Assembly (NCBI GenBank): GCA_010909165.1
Contig: MU008165.1
Location: 124,001-188,000, forward strand
Direction of reading: 5' to 3'
From: Anthoceros angustus
Lineage: Eukaryota > Plantae > Anthocerotophyta
DNA: 64,000 nucleotides
The position numbers and the translations under genes were made by a program. A model generated the notes under the pieces. The model ran no database searches, was not told the origin of the DNA, and was given only the letters and a program-made list of their open reading frames with translations. Positions 35,054 through 46,074 of this stretch are shown here, one piece after another (position 1 is the stretch's first letter; each line of letters begins with the position of its first letter).

Positions 35054-36624
35054 GAACCTCAACTGATAGTAACACACCAATGAATATGATTTCTCCAACT
35101 CCGTGCTCCGGAGACTAAATACCACACCTGCACGAACAAGCGAGAACAGCGAGAACAAATTCACGCAGACAGTTAGAACACCAGTTTACAATTACAAGCA
35201 CGCGTGTTGCATCGCGACAGACAGATGCAAACAGCACACAGAAAAAAACAGCAGTGCTCATCACACGGAGAATCATGCACCAGATAACACTAAGGACATC
35301 CATTCCCCTAAAGCACCAACCCTACAACAGTCCAAGGACACCAATTCCCCTAAATCACCAACCCTACACATCACACCCATACTCGCTATATCGCAATCTC
35401 TAACCCTGGACCTCTTTCCCGCAAAAACAGATTCAGTAGCGAAAAGCCCCAACGTGAGTCAGACCGCACGAGGCGATGCCACAAAGATTCAACAAACAGG
35501 ACTCTTGATTCTCCACACAAACAATAAGTCATCCAAATCCAAAAACCACAGCCAAAACACTCACAACCAAATCGCGCTTCTGCACCACGACCGCCTCCTG
35601 AATTCTACGACAGGCGCCTCACAACAGACAAGCACCGCAACCAGAAGTAAGCCATCGACAGACAAGTAAGGAGACGACCAGACCTACCGAGGTGAACGGA
35701 GCAGGAGCAGGAGCAGACACGAAGCAACGAGTCGTGAGGACACCTTCCACTCCGAGGTATGGCGATAGCGACGAGATCAAATCGGAAGACAGCGCAGGCG
35801 CGTATGATCGATCTACTTGGCACCGAGCAGTGAGCAGCCCGAGTGAAGACGGAATGACGTGGCAGTCACGCAAATCCCGGAATGGAAAACACGCCTCCAG
35901 ACTCGACAACTATAGTACATTTAGTGAACGTCCGGTAAAGCCATGACGCTATGTATATACTCACTCAAGTAGCTCAAGTAGGGCCCACCACCGAAAATAG
36001 GTACCTACATATGTTTATGAAGTATTGATGCGGATGTTTTATGAGAGAGTCTTAATGAATGTTATGTAATATTATATGTATATATATATATAAAATCATT
36101 AATGAATTTAAATATAAAGTTATTTTAAATATATTTATATTCAAAATAATAATTTAATAATAATAATAATAACACATCTCTGGCTTTACAATATGGAAAC
36201 TTGTGTTAGGCCATCTCACGGTCACGTGCGGGATGATCATGGTCCCCAGCCTTGCAGGCCCTATAGGATAGAAAGACCTAGCTCATATTAGGATATTCCA
36301 ACATGCACATCAGGACTCTGCCATCCTTGTGCCTCTCTAAAATCATCTATGTGTTCAAATAGTAGGGCTCAAGATATTGGAAGGTATATCATGTGACTGA
36401 AATAGAATTCTTGCCATACAAGTTTTTGGAGCTATGCTCGATTAGATTATGTGGTCCAAAGTCCACAGTTTATAGGGTCCAAAATAATTAATATTATTTT
36501 GAATATAAATATTATTGAATTATTGAATAATAATAAATATTATAGAATTATCATACTATGTTTATTAGGTCAATATTATTTTAATATTATTTTGAATATA
36601 AATATTATAGAATTATCATTCTAG

Positions 36625-36765
36625 GGTTAACAATTTTCAAGGAGAACACAAATGAACAGATATTGTAATATATATTTAAAACTTTGGGAGAAATTATCAG
36701 CGTTCGAATGATGAAATATGATAATGATAATCCAAATGAACTTGGTTTGTACAATACAAATGAGC
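36625..36765 (+). pseudogene. Short decayed duplicate of an RRM segment of the downstream PABP-like gene
   Basis: ttcaaggagaacacaaatgaaca... aligns with 37850-37970. Confidence 0.75.
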
Positions 36766-36862
36766 TAGGTTTGTACATTTCTATCAATCTCGATTTGATA
36801 GTCTTGCCTAATAAGATCATATCAGTCTGCGTTTTGACAGTCATGTCTCATGAGCATGGAAA

Positions 36863-36971
36863 CGATGCATATACGATGCATATACTCCGGTGTAGTAGCC
36901 CTGGTATGACCACAACAGATGCATATACGATGCATATACTCCGGTGTAGTAGCCCTGGTATGACCACAACA
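36863..36971. repeat. 54-bp tandem duplication
   Basis: gatgcatatacgatgcatatactccggtgtagtagccctggtatgaccacaaca x2. Confidence 0.9.
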
Positions 36972-37522
36972 TGTTCATTATATCATTTTACATTCTACTT
37001 GTACCTACGCCCCTACCATGTATGTCAACGACCCGCCTTTCTTCCCGCTCTCTCAAGGAACACGTAAGATGAATGTAATATAATGTAATACCATATGTAT
37101 TCATATATAGTATCTAAATGATAATTAAATAGAAATTCATGAACTGAAAAAATAAATAAAATTTAAAATATATGAGATATTCATAAAATATTTTTTAGTA
37201 ATAATAATATGTTAATATAGTTGTAATTATATTGTAATAACTTACAATATTACCAAGTCACTCATTGGACTCGCCCATTCAACTACCACCTTGAATTCAG
37301 ATGTCACAATGGGCTCACCCCTTCAACTACCACCATGGATTGAATTGAGAGGTCACACCGGGCTTACCCTTTCAACTAGCACCATGAATTGAAAGATCAT
37401 ACATGCCAAATTGAATTCGGGAAGGTGTAAGAGAAAAATATCAAATTTAAATGAAAGTCTAAGTAGTAAGTTAAACTCATTACAATTCTCAATGAAGTTA
37501 TTATCCTTCATTTGAAGATAGT

Positions 37523-39136
37523 ATGGATGTTTTAAGTGATAGGACACCTTCATTTGTGTATGTCAGGAATCTACATAGGCATTATGTAGACATAGATAAG
37601 CTCTTAGAGACTTTTGAAGTTTTTGGAACAATTTTGGGCTGTACAGTAAGAGTTGATGAAAATGGAGTATCCAGAGGCTATGGATATGTTTGTTTCCAGA
37701 ATAGGGAAGCAGCTCAACTTGCTGTGACCACTAGCATAATTTTGTCTGGTTTGCACTTAAAGGTAACTCCTTATATCCCTTATGCGCTTCGAGAAAAAAT
37801 TTGGGATGGTAGCAACGAAGCAAATTATATGAAAGTGTACATTAAAAATTTCAAGGAGAACACAAATGAACAAGTATTGAAAAATATATTTGAAAGATTT
37901 GGAAAAGTCAAAAGCATTCGAGTGCTGAGAGATGATAATGGACAGCCCAAGCGAGCTGGACTTGTACATTTTTATTGTCCTCAAGTTGCCGCTAAAGTTG
38001 TCGCTTCATTCAACGGGAGGAGAGTTGATGGTAAAGATAAATGGTGTGTTATGCGTGCTCACAATGAATTTGAGTGGGAACAACTTTGGAGACATAAATT
38101 TCAAAAAGGTGTCAATCTTTATGTAAGAAATTATGACGATGGTGTTGACGATAAGATTTTACACGAGGCTTTTTCGCCATTTGGAATCATTTCTTCTTGT
38201 AAGGTCGTGAAAGGTGGGCAAGGGTCTAGCACAAGATATGCATTTGTTGCCTTTACTACTCCAGAAGAAGCCTCAAATGCAATACATCATATGCACGGCC
38301 AAACAACCTCGCTTGGAGGACCATTGTTTGTTCAATTAGCTTTCTTCAAAGGAGATGGAGGGACATCGGCTTCACATGCAGAGGCTAGAAGTCATGACCT
38401 TAGGAGGAATTGGATGCACAGCCTAGGTTCTCATCCTCCAAGTTTAGCAGGAGGAACATTGCTTTCAGATGTTCAAGTAAGGAGTCTTGCAAGGACTTCG
38501 ACAAGGGGTCTTGATCCACAACCACAAAGTTCGTGTGCAGCAATGAGGACATTGCTTGCACACAAACTCGAAGCGAGGAGTCGTGCGAGCAATCTGACTA
38601 AGAGTCATGATTCACAGCGCGGAAGTTTAGTAGGAACATCGATAGTCCTTCCACATAAAGCTATTGCAGCTAGGAGTCATGAAAGGACTTCGTCTAAAAC
38701 TCTTGATTCACAACCTCAAAGTTCAATAAGAATAGGGATCACATCACTTCCAAGTACTAAAGAATTCAAATACGTGAGGAAATTGACAGAGAGTATTGAA
38801 TCACAACCTCAAAACTCAACAAGAACAAAGACACTCCATCCGAGTGTCGAAGCTAGGAATGATGTCCGGAAGTCGACAGAGAGTATTGTTTCAGAGCCTC
38901 AAAGCTTAGCAAGAATTGCTAAGCAGCAACATAAAATGATGGCCATGTTTGGAGAATTGTTGTATCCATTTGTAGTTCAAATAGAGAAACATCATGCATG
39001 CAAAGTGGTAGAATTTATACTGGAAAATATGACCCTAGATGAGATTGAGGATCTCCTTGAGTCTCCACAAGCTTTAAAAGCAGAAGTTGTCAAGTCGGTG
39101 AACATGATTAAATGTAATAAAAAGTTGAATAATTAA
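37523..39136 (+). CDS. Divergent intronless poly(A)-binding-protein-like gene (3 RRMs, repetitive linker, MLLE/PABC)
   Basis: RNP motifs VYVRNL/SRGYGYVCF, VYIKNF, GVNLYVRNY/RYAFVAF. C-terminal GELLYPFV..ACKVVEFILE..LLESPQALKAEV. Confidence 0.85.
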   Translation: MDVLSDRTPSFVYVRNLHRHYVDIDKLLETFEVFGTILGCTVRVDENGVSRGYGYVCFQNREAAQLAVTTSIILSGLHLKVTPYIPYALREKIWDGSNEANYMKVYIKNFKENTNEQVLKNIFERFGKVKSIRVLRDDNGQPKRAGLVHFYCPQVAAKVVASFNGRRVDGKDKWCVMRAHNEFEWEQLWRHKFQKGVNLYVRNYDDGVDDKILHEAFSPFGIISSCKVVKGGQGSSTRYAFVAFTTPEEASNAIHHMHGQTTSLGGPLFVQLAFFKGDGGTSASHAEARSHDLRRNWMHSLGSHPPSLAGGTLLSDVQVRSLARTSTRGLDPQPQSSCAAMRTLLAHKLEARSRASNLTKSHDSQRGSLVGTSIVLPHKAIAARSHERTSSKTLDSQPQSSIRIGITSLPSTKEFKYVRKLTESIESQPQNSTRTKTLHPSVEARNDVRKSTESIVSEPQSLARIAKQQHKMMAMFGELLYPFVVQIEKHHACKVVEFILENMTLDEIEDLLESPQALKAEVVKSVNMIKCNKKLNN

Positions 39137-39499
39137 ATTAACTCTTTTAAAGTGATTGAATCACCAAATAGGAATAAGATCGATGTGAGGTTGCAACAAA
39201 GCACCGCGAGCAGATCATGCGCTTACAACATCAGAGCAGGACACCAGACGATGAGCTGAGGAAAGTTGCAATTAGGGCTGTATACTTGCTGGTCCATGTG
39301 AAACCAAATATCACAAACCAGATAGATCAGATCAGCCCTGAAGCCAGTGACGGATGAACATGCCTCAAAGGCACCAACGGCGGGGGCGCGTGATTTCTGG
39401 TCCTGCAGGAATTTGAAGTTCCAATCACCCGCACAAACATATGGCTTCAGTAGGATGTGGGATTGCATGATCGTGCCTGATCATGGAAGGCACCACCCA

Positions 39500-40520
39500 C
39501 ACACCACGAACCTTGCTTAGTTTTTCCAAATCTGCCGGAATGGCTGGTAGTCTGAGTACTTTCTTGCAATGGCGTGTGTCATCTCATGCTGCTGGTAGGG
39601 TCGATGGGGTGAACATGCCGTGGCGTGGCAAGTTGTTGCCCACATCTGCTGCGGCGCTCCAATCTTGATTGGCTTGTCCTTGGGACACTGGCATTCATTA
39701 TCCCGGAACATTGCTGACCTTTCAGCTAGGCCATAAAATTTTGGATTCTCAAGATTTGAATGGACCATCAAGCATCCAAGCGGGAGTGAATAGGCTGCAG
39801 CTGGCAGGCATAATCATGCCAAGATTCAGAAACAAAGTCTGATTCTCCATGAAGGTGGAGGCGCCACGAGGGGCCGAACTTCAAACAAGCAGGCAAAGAT
39901 ACTTGAATTTGAAGATATCTTCACTCCTGATGAGTTTGATTTGCATATAAAAGCTACTGGCTGAGGACTCGAAGAATGCATTCGGGTTGATGCAGAACGA
40001 ATTTGCCAGAGGGATGATGTTGGCAGGAGCTTGGACATCCAGTGCAGCTAATTGAAGCAAGTGAACGCATGGATGCATGCTGCTTGCAGAAAAGAGCCTG
40101 GCGTAGAAAGAGCTAGGCACTGCAGCTGGGAGGCAGCTGCGTCCATGGAGAAGTTACAGACGATGGTGAACAGGCTATTGAAGTCATTGCAGGGCAGATC
40201 AGAGAAGGAGACCTGGACCTCCCGTGGGCCCGGGAACTCGGCAGTCTTGGATCTGCGCAGGGCTTTCAGATGACGCAGAAGCTTGTCGATAGCGGTGATG
40301 GTGTTCCTCCCCGTGGCACAGCCCAGGCCAGCTACTCGCCAGCGCTTCAGCTCCAATTACACCATCCGGAATCGAGCTTGTGCTTGGAAGGCCTTTCCAG
40401 AGAGCATCTTCCGCAGCTTCCAGCCAATGCAGCTGAGCAGAGGAATTGTTGCTGTAGCTTCCTCCCCTTCTCCTCCAACCATGCCGAGAAGCTGAGAGAA
40501 CCTTCGTTCCAGAATCAGAC
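39500..40520 (-). pseudogene. SABATH-family SAM-dependent carboxyl methyltransferase pseudogene
   Basis: SYSNNSSAQ, VAGLGCATGRNT, SDLPCNDFNSLF and PSSFYARLF are spread over different frames. Boundaries approximate. Confidence 0.8.
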
Positions 40521-41035
40521 TTACTTACAGAACAGGGAACCATTGATGTAGATTGTGCATGCCATTGAAGTGAGTTATACCTACACGTATCTGCCATGAA
40601 ATTTGGCATGTGCTCTCAATTCTAAAAGCCTAGAAACCTTGTCACTGAAAGTGGACGCTGGCTAGTGCGCGACTTGTGGTCCTCAGCAATTTCAAGCAGC
40701 GGTCTCTGATTTTGTTTGTGGTCAGTGAATTGGCAGCTCATCTCTCAGGCTGCAAATTCGGCAGCGTCTTTCTGGATCAGAACTGGAGATGATCCACGGG
40801 CAAGTGTTGCATGCTTTGCCATCTCGATGACATGATTGCAATTGTGAACGTCATGCGGGGGGAAGTACCAGTCTACTTAGAAGTATGTAAGAGCCAATTC
40901 TGGGCTCAGCTCATCAGGCAAAATAAGTTGTCAGATCTGTGTGCTTTGTGCTTGTCTTCTGTACTGTAGAGGAGATTGAATTAGATTCACATTGAATTCG
41001 CAGTTAGCTACCTGGACGTGATTGGTGCATCGACC

Positions 41036-42369
41036 ATGGGGTTGTCGGGCAGGACTATGGCAGGCTTGGCCTTGCTGGTCGCGGTGAGTGTTTTACGAAC
41101 CTGTTATTCTGTTTGATGGCTGATGCTGGTACTGTGTACATGCAAAGCAGCTTTGTGGCTATGGCGAGCATTCGTCTGGATGGCTGTTTGACGTCTGCAT
41201 AACATTGTCGATGTGGACTTGCAGCTGCTGGCGATCGATGCAGGGAGCTCTGGAGGGATGCCGGTAAGTTGCACGTAGTTTGGATCGACATTGTGTTGCG
41301 ATTGATTATCGTAGCATGCTCTCCAGTTGAGGATGCAGACAAGTGGGGATGCGTGCTGAGCCTGAGAGCAGTTTCGGTGTGCGTATTTGCGTGCAGGTTT
41401 TGTCAAACAGTCCGAGGAAGTTGCTCTCCGGCAATGAACGCGGCCAGGTGGAGCGCTACGACGATGGGAAGTCAAGACTGTGGGACGCCGCCGAGGATCT
41501 GTGGGACTCGTTGGTGGGGGACGACGATGAGAGCGAATATGTCGACGGCTATGGCTTGTATACGCGCTCCCAGTCCATGAAGCTGGAGAATGAATATAGC
41601 TCGTCAACAAACACCTATACGGGAGACGAGAAGGGACAGGGGGACAAGAAGGGAGTAGAGGAGAAGGAGCACAAGGACGAAGAGGAGAAGAAGAAGGAGG
41701 ATCCAGAGGAGAAGGGGAAGAAGCAGCAGCAGCAGGAGGTGAAGAAAAAGGGTGGTGAATCCAAGAAGGGAGAAGAGCAGAAGGAGACGAAGAAGAAGAA
41801 GAGTGGTGAATACAAGAAGGGAGAAGAGGAGAAGGAGGCGAGGAAGAAGAAGGGTGGTGAATTCAAGAAGGGAGAAGAGGAGAAGGAGGCGAGGAAGAAG
41901 AAGGGTGGTGAACACAAGAAGGGAGAAGAGGAGAAGGAGGCGAGGAAGAAGAAGGGTGGTGAATACAAGAAGGGAGAGAAGAGTGGGGAATACAAGGGAG
42001 AGAAGAGTGGGGAATATAAGAAGGGAGAAGAGGAATTGGAGAAGGAGGACGAGAAGGAAAAGGAGCAGGAGTACGAGCAGCTGAAGAACGAAGAGGAGCA
42101 GAAGAAGGAAGAGGAGCCGAAGAAGGAAGAGGAGGAGAAGAAGAAGGGTGGTGAATACAAGAAGCGGGAAGAGGAGAAGAAGGAGGGGGGAAGAAGAGAC
42201 GAAGAAGGGTGGTGAAGAGAAGAAGACGGGTGGTGAAGACAAGGAGGGGGAAGACGAGAAGAAGAAGGGTGGTGAAGAGAAGAAGAAGGGTGGTGAAGAG
42301 AAGAAGGGTGGTGAAGAGAAGAAGACGGGTGGTAAAGAGAATTCATGCGGCTTAAAACACTTAAACTAG
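41036..42369 (+). CDS. Secreted Lys/Glu-rich repetitive protein (exons 41036-41083, 41225-41263, 41397-end; probable frameshift near 42185)
   Basis: Phase-0 GT-AG splicing gives MGLSGRTMAGLALLVALLAIDAGSSGGMPVLSNSPRKLL, then KKKGGEYKKGEEEKEAR repeats. Confidence 0.65.
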
Positions 42370-42479
42370 GAATACAAGCATAACGTAGTCTAGTGTGCTC
42401 CTTTTGACAAAAGTTAGTCAACTTGTCCATGTCTAGGACAAATTCACAGGAGCCCAGTTGCTCTTGCAAATTTCTGTGA

Positions 42480-43000
42480 TGTTTCCCTGTCACAGGCGGT
42501 GTGATTGCCTACTACCGGCCGTTTGTGTAGTTGCCGCCTCAACTTCTGTAAAGGAAGACCTGAAACATGTCACTAATTCCAATTCTAATCTCGCCGCAAA
42601 GCTTTGCTCCCTGCGAACGTGTGTTTCTGCTGCCTCTGTGAATAATGGGGCAAAGTGTATCATCTTGCAGCACCAAATGGCGGGAAAACCTTGCACCGGG
42701 GCTACGATCCAAATTGGGAACTTGGGTTCCACCTTCACCTTCCACGCATCGGAAACCAAGGGAATGTTGGACACGGCGGCAACTGTAAAAGCCTTTCTCG
42801 AGATCCTCCTGCAAGGTCAGCAACACTGCAACTTGATGATCATGAACTTCATTCTGAAGAAAATGTGGAAAGAGAGACAGTTCTTCGACTATTTTGCAGG
42901 TCTCCTGCTGGAACTGTGAAATGGTTATGTCAGATTCATGCTCCTCGAGAGAAGCCCAATTGCAACCACAAGCAAGCATATTCATCATAGATTTCCACAT
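42480..43000 (+). mobile_element. Possible decayed L1-type LINE C-terminus
   Basis: Weak EDLKH and KKMWKERQFF motifs only. Confidence 0.25.
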
Positions 43001-43115
43001 AGAACGGCACTGTAAACGTGCTCACCCGGGAGCTCGTTCATGGGGAGGATAGCGTCCAACAGTGTAGCACCATCGCCCTCTCTGCAACCTACAGGTTCAG
43101 GGCGTGCTGTTGCCC

Positions 43116-45821
43116 ATGGCTGACTCAAGGTTAACAATAACTGTGGGAAGAGGTCCTGCGAGGTGTAGCACGTTGGCAGCCCGATTCTATAGGGTTGTGG
43201 TGGCTGGAACCGTGACCGAGCTATGCCATCAGGGCCATCTCGCTGAGGCTGTTGAGGCTTTGGGAATTCTGGTGCAGACAGACTGTTGCATCTCCAAGTC
43301 TTTGTTGTATACTGTCCTGAAGAAATGTGCAGTGGAGAAGGATCTTGTTCTGGGTCGCCGCGTCCATGGGTTAACGGTGAAAAAAGGGTGTCAATCGGAC
43401 ACTTTCCTGTGCAACCACATCCTGCGTATGTATGCTTCTCATGGCAGGTTGCAAGACGCGATGAATGTGTTCACCGTGGTTGCCCAACCAGATGCCTTCA
43501 TGTGGTCTTCCATCATTTCTGCTCATGTTAGACATGGGCAAGATAGGCGGGCCATAGAACTTTATCATCGGATGCGAATGTCCAGTGTGCAGCCAGATGG
43601 CCATGTATTTGTGGCAGCACTTCAGGCTTGTGCAAGGGGAGCAGACTTGACGTCTGGGCAGCAGGTGCATGCTGATGTCTTGAACAGTGGGGTTGAGCCT
43701 CATTTATGTGTCTGTAATGGCTTGGTGGATATGTATGCAAAGTGTGGCAGCTTGGAAAAGGCTCAAAGAGTGTTTGACGGACTTGGTCAGAAGGATGTGG
43801 TGACCTGGAATACCATGATAGCAGGGTATTCTCAGCAGGGCATGGGTCAGGAAGCCCTCCATCTGTACAGCGTGATGCAAGAAGACGGCAAGGCTGTACC
43901 TGATTCTGTGACATTTGCCTGCCTCCTGCAGGCATGTGCAAGTGTGGGAGCCGGAGCTTTGGAGAAGGGAAAGGAGCTTCATGCACAACTTGCAGAAGGA
44001 GGACATCAAGCCGATGTGTTTGTAGCAAGCAATTTGGTGAACATGTATGCGAAATGTGGCTGCTTGGAAGAGGCCCAGAGAGTGCATGATGAACTTGGCC
44101 AGAAAGCCGTGGTGACATGGAATGCCTTGATAGCGGGATATGCCCACAAGGGCATGGGCCAGGAAGCCCTTCGTGTGTACAGTGCTATGGAAGAGGGAGG
44201 TATCGCTGTACCTGATCCTGTAACATTTGTGTGCCTCCTGCAGGCATGTGCAAGCGTGGGCTTCACAGCTTTGGAGAAGGGAAGGCAGCTTCATGTGCAG
44301 ATTAGAGACCGAGGGTACCAAGCTAATGTGTTTGTAGCCAACAGTTTGGTAAACATGTACGCAAAGTGTGGCAGCCTCGAAGATGCGCAGAGAGAATTCG
44401 ACAGACTTGGTCAGAAAGATGTGGTGACTTGGAATGCCATGATAGCAGGGTATTCCCAGCATGGCATGGGCCAGGAAGCCCTTCATCTTCACAGTGCTAT
44501 GCAAGAGGGAGGGATTACTGTACCTGATTCTGTGACATTTGTGTGCCTCTTGCAGGCCTGTGCAAGTGTGGGCGTCCCAGCTTTGGAGACGGGGAAGCAG
44601 CTCCATGCGCAGATTAGAGGAGGAGGATATCAGGCTGATGTGTTTGTGGCCAGCAGTTTGGTAAACATGTATGCAAAGTGTGGCAGTCTAGAGGATGCTC
44701 AGAGAGTGTTTAACAAACTTGGTGAAAAGGATGCTGTGACATGGAATGCTATGATAGGAGGGTATTCCCAGGAGGGCATGGGCCAGGAAGCCCTTCTTGT
44801 TTACAGTGCTATGGTAGAAGAGGGCATCACTGCACCTAATTCCGTGACATTTGTGTGCCTCCTGCAGGCATGTGCAAATGTGGCAGCTTTGAGTTTGGGA
44901 AGGCAGCTACACGCCCAGATTGAAGAACAAGGGCTTCAAGCTGACTTTCTTTTAGCTGGCAGTTTGATCAACATGTATGGAAAATCAGGCAGCATGGCTG
45001 ACGCACAGCAGTTGTTTGATGCATTGCCCAAAAGAGACGTTGTGGCCTGGAGTGCATTGATCGCAGGCTACACCTGTCAAGGAGACACTGAATCAGTCTT
45101 TGACTTGGTTAAGACAATGACAACGGAAGGTATACCACCAGTGGGCATCACATTCCTTAGTGTGCTAACGGTATGCAGTCATGCAGGTCTAGTGACCAAG
45201 GGGAAAGAGTACTTTGAGGCTATGAGCAGAGAGTATGGCATCACTCCCACCGTGGAGCACTACACATGTATGGTAGATCTCCTGGGCCGTGCTGGACAAC
45301 TGGATGAGGCACTGGCTTTGGTGAGGGCAATGCCTGCACTTCCTAATGCTGCAGTTTGGCACACTCTGTTGGGTGCTTGTCAAAAGTGGAGCAATTTGGA
45401 AGTTGGACGCCATGCTTTTGAAGAAGCAGTGGAGCTGGACACGAAAAATGCCGCAGCATATGTGTTGATGTTGAACATATACACCAGTGTCCAGATGTGG
45501 GAGCAGGCAGAGCAGATCCAGGCCAGGAGAATAAAGATCAGGGCATGGAAGCAGCCAGGGCAAAGCTGGTGGACCGACATGGATGGCCTTGTGCATAGTT
45601 TTTCGGTTGGGGATAGCAGACATCGAGAGTCAAGCAAGGTTCAACTAGCCAGTTCCCTGCAAAGTGAAGAAAGATATGTTCCAAACGAGGACTCTCCGCT
45701 GGCACACACATTCGATGACAATTCCATACTAGCAAATCAAGGAGCTATGAACTTAACATACTTCCAGAACACATCGGTACTTCATACCGATCCGGCATCA
45801 AGTGTTATTTGTTGCGTGTAG
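43116..45821 (+). CDS. PLS-class PPR protein with E/E+ domains, WW-type PG box, no intact DYW deaminase
   Basis: Intronless ORF with repeated LVNMYAKCGSLEDA..DVVTWNAMIAGY, HYTCMVDLLGRAG, VWHTLLGAC, KQPGQSWWTD. No HxE or CxxC downstream. Confidence 0.95.
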   Translation: MADSRLTITVGRGPARCSTLAARFYRVVVAGTVTELCHQGHLAEAVEALGILVQTDCCISKSLLYTVLKKCAVEKDLVLGRRVHGLTVKKGCQSDTFLCNHILRMYASHGRLQDAMNVFTVVAQPDAFMWSSIISAHVRHGQDRRAIELYHRMRMSSVQPDGHVFVAALQACARGADLTSGQQVHADVLNSGVEPHLCVCNGLVDMYAKCGSLEKAQRVFDGLGQKDVVTWNTMIAGYSQQGMGQEALHLYSVMQEDGKAVPDSVTFACLLQACASVGAGALEKGKELHAQLAEGGHQADVFVASNLVNMYAKCGCLEEAQRVHDELGQKAVVTWNALIAGYAHKGMGQEALRVYSAMEEGGIAVPDPVTFVCLLQACASVGFTALEKGRQLHVQIRDRGYQANVFVANSLVNMYAKCGSLEDAQREFDRLGQKDVVTWNAMIAGYSQHGMGQEALHLHSAMQEGGITVPDSVTFVCLLQACASVGVPALETGKQLHAQIRGGGYQADVFVASSLVNMYAKCGSLEDAQRVFNKLGEKDAVTWNAMIGGYSQEGMGQEALLVYSAMVEEGITAPNSVTFVCLLQACANVAALSLGRQLHAQIEEQGLQADFLLAGSLINMYGKSGSMADAQQLFDALPKRDVVAWSALIAGYTCQGDTESVFDLVKTMTTEGIPPVGITFLSVLTVCSHAGLVTKGKEYFEAMSREYGITPTVEHYTCMVDLLGRAGQLDEALALVRAMPALPNAAVWHTLLGACQKWSNLEVGRHAFEEAVELDTKNAAAYVLMLNIYTSVQMWEQAEQIQARRIKIRAWKQPGQSWWTDMDGLVHSFSVGDSRHRESSKVQLASSLQSEERYVPNEDSPLAHTFDDNSILANQGAMNLTYFQNTSVLHTDPASSVICCV

Positions 45822-46074
45822 TTACTTGTCAGTTCTCATCGAGGATATAAGTTGAAGTTGGATCCACAACGACCGACTTGGTAGATATACCCCCATTTAA
45901 TCTCAATGTCAGACCAAACCTATCCTTTGATATAAAACATATTTGTGCACTTGCATTTGCTCAGAAAGTTCAACTGGAGTGTAATCTGGGCTGAAGTCCA
46001 GAATCCCACTGAAATATAATGTATCAAAATGCTCTTGTTGCGAGGAGAGGATACTGCCGGAATACTTGAATCCC

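Noticed and set aside
41604-42493. Long Leu/Phe/Ser-rich minus-strand ORFs as membrane proteins
   Set aside because: Antisense shadows of the purine-rich K/E repeat.
43371-44606. Minus-strand ORFs up to 300 aa
   Set aside because: Antisense shadows of the repetitive PPR coding sequence.
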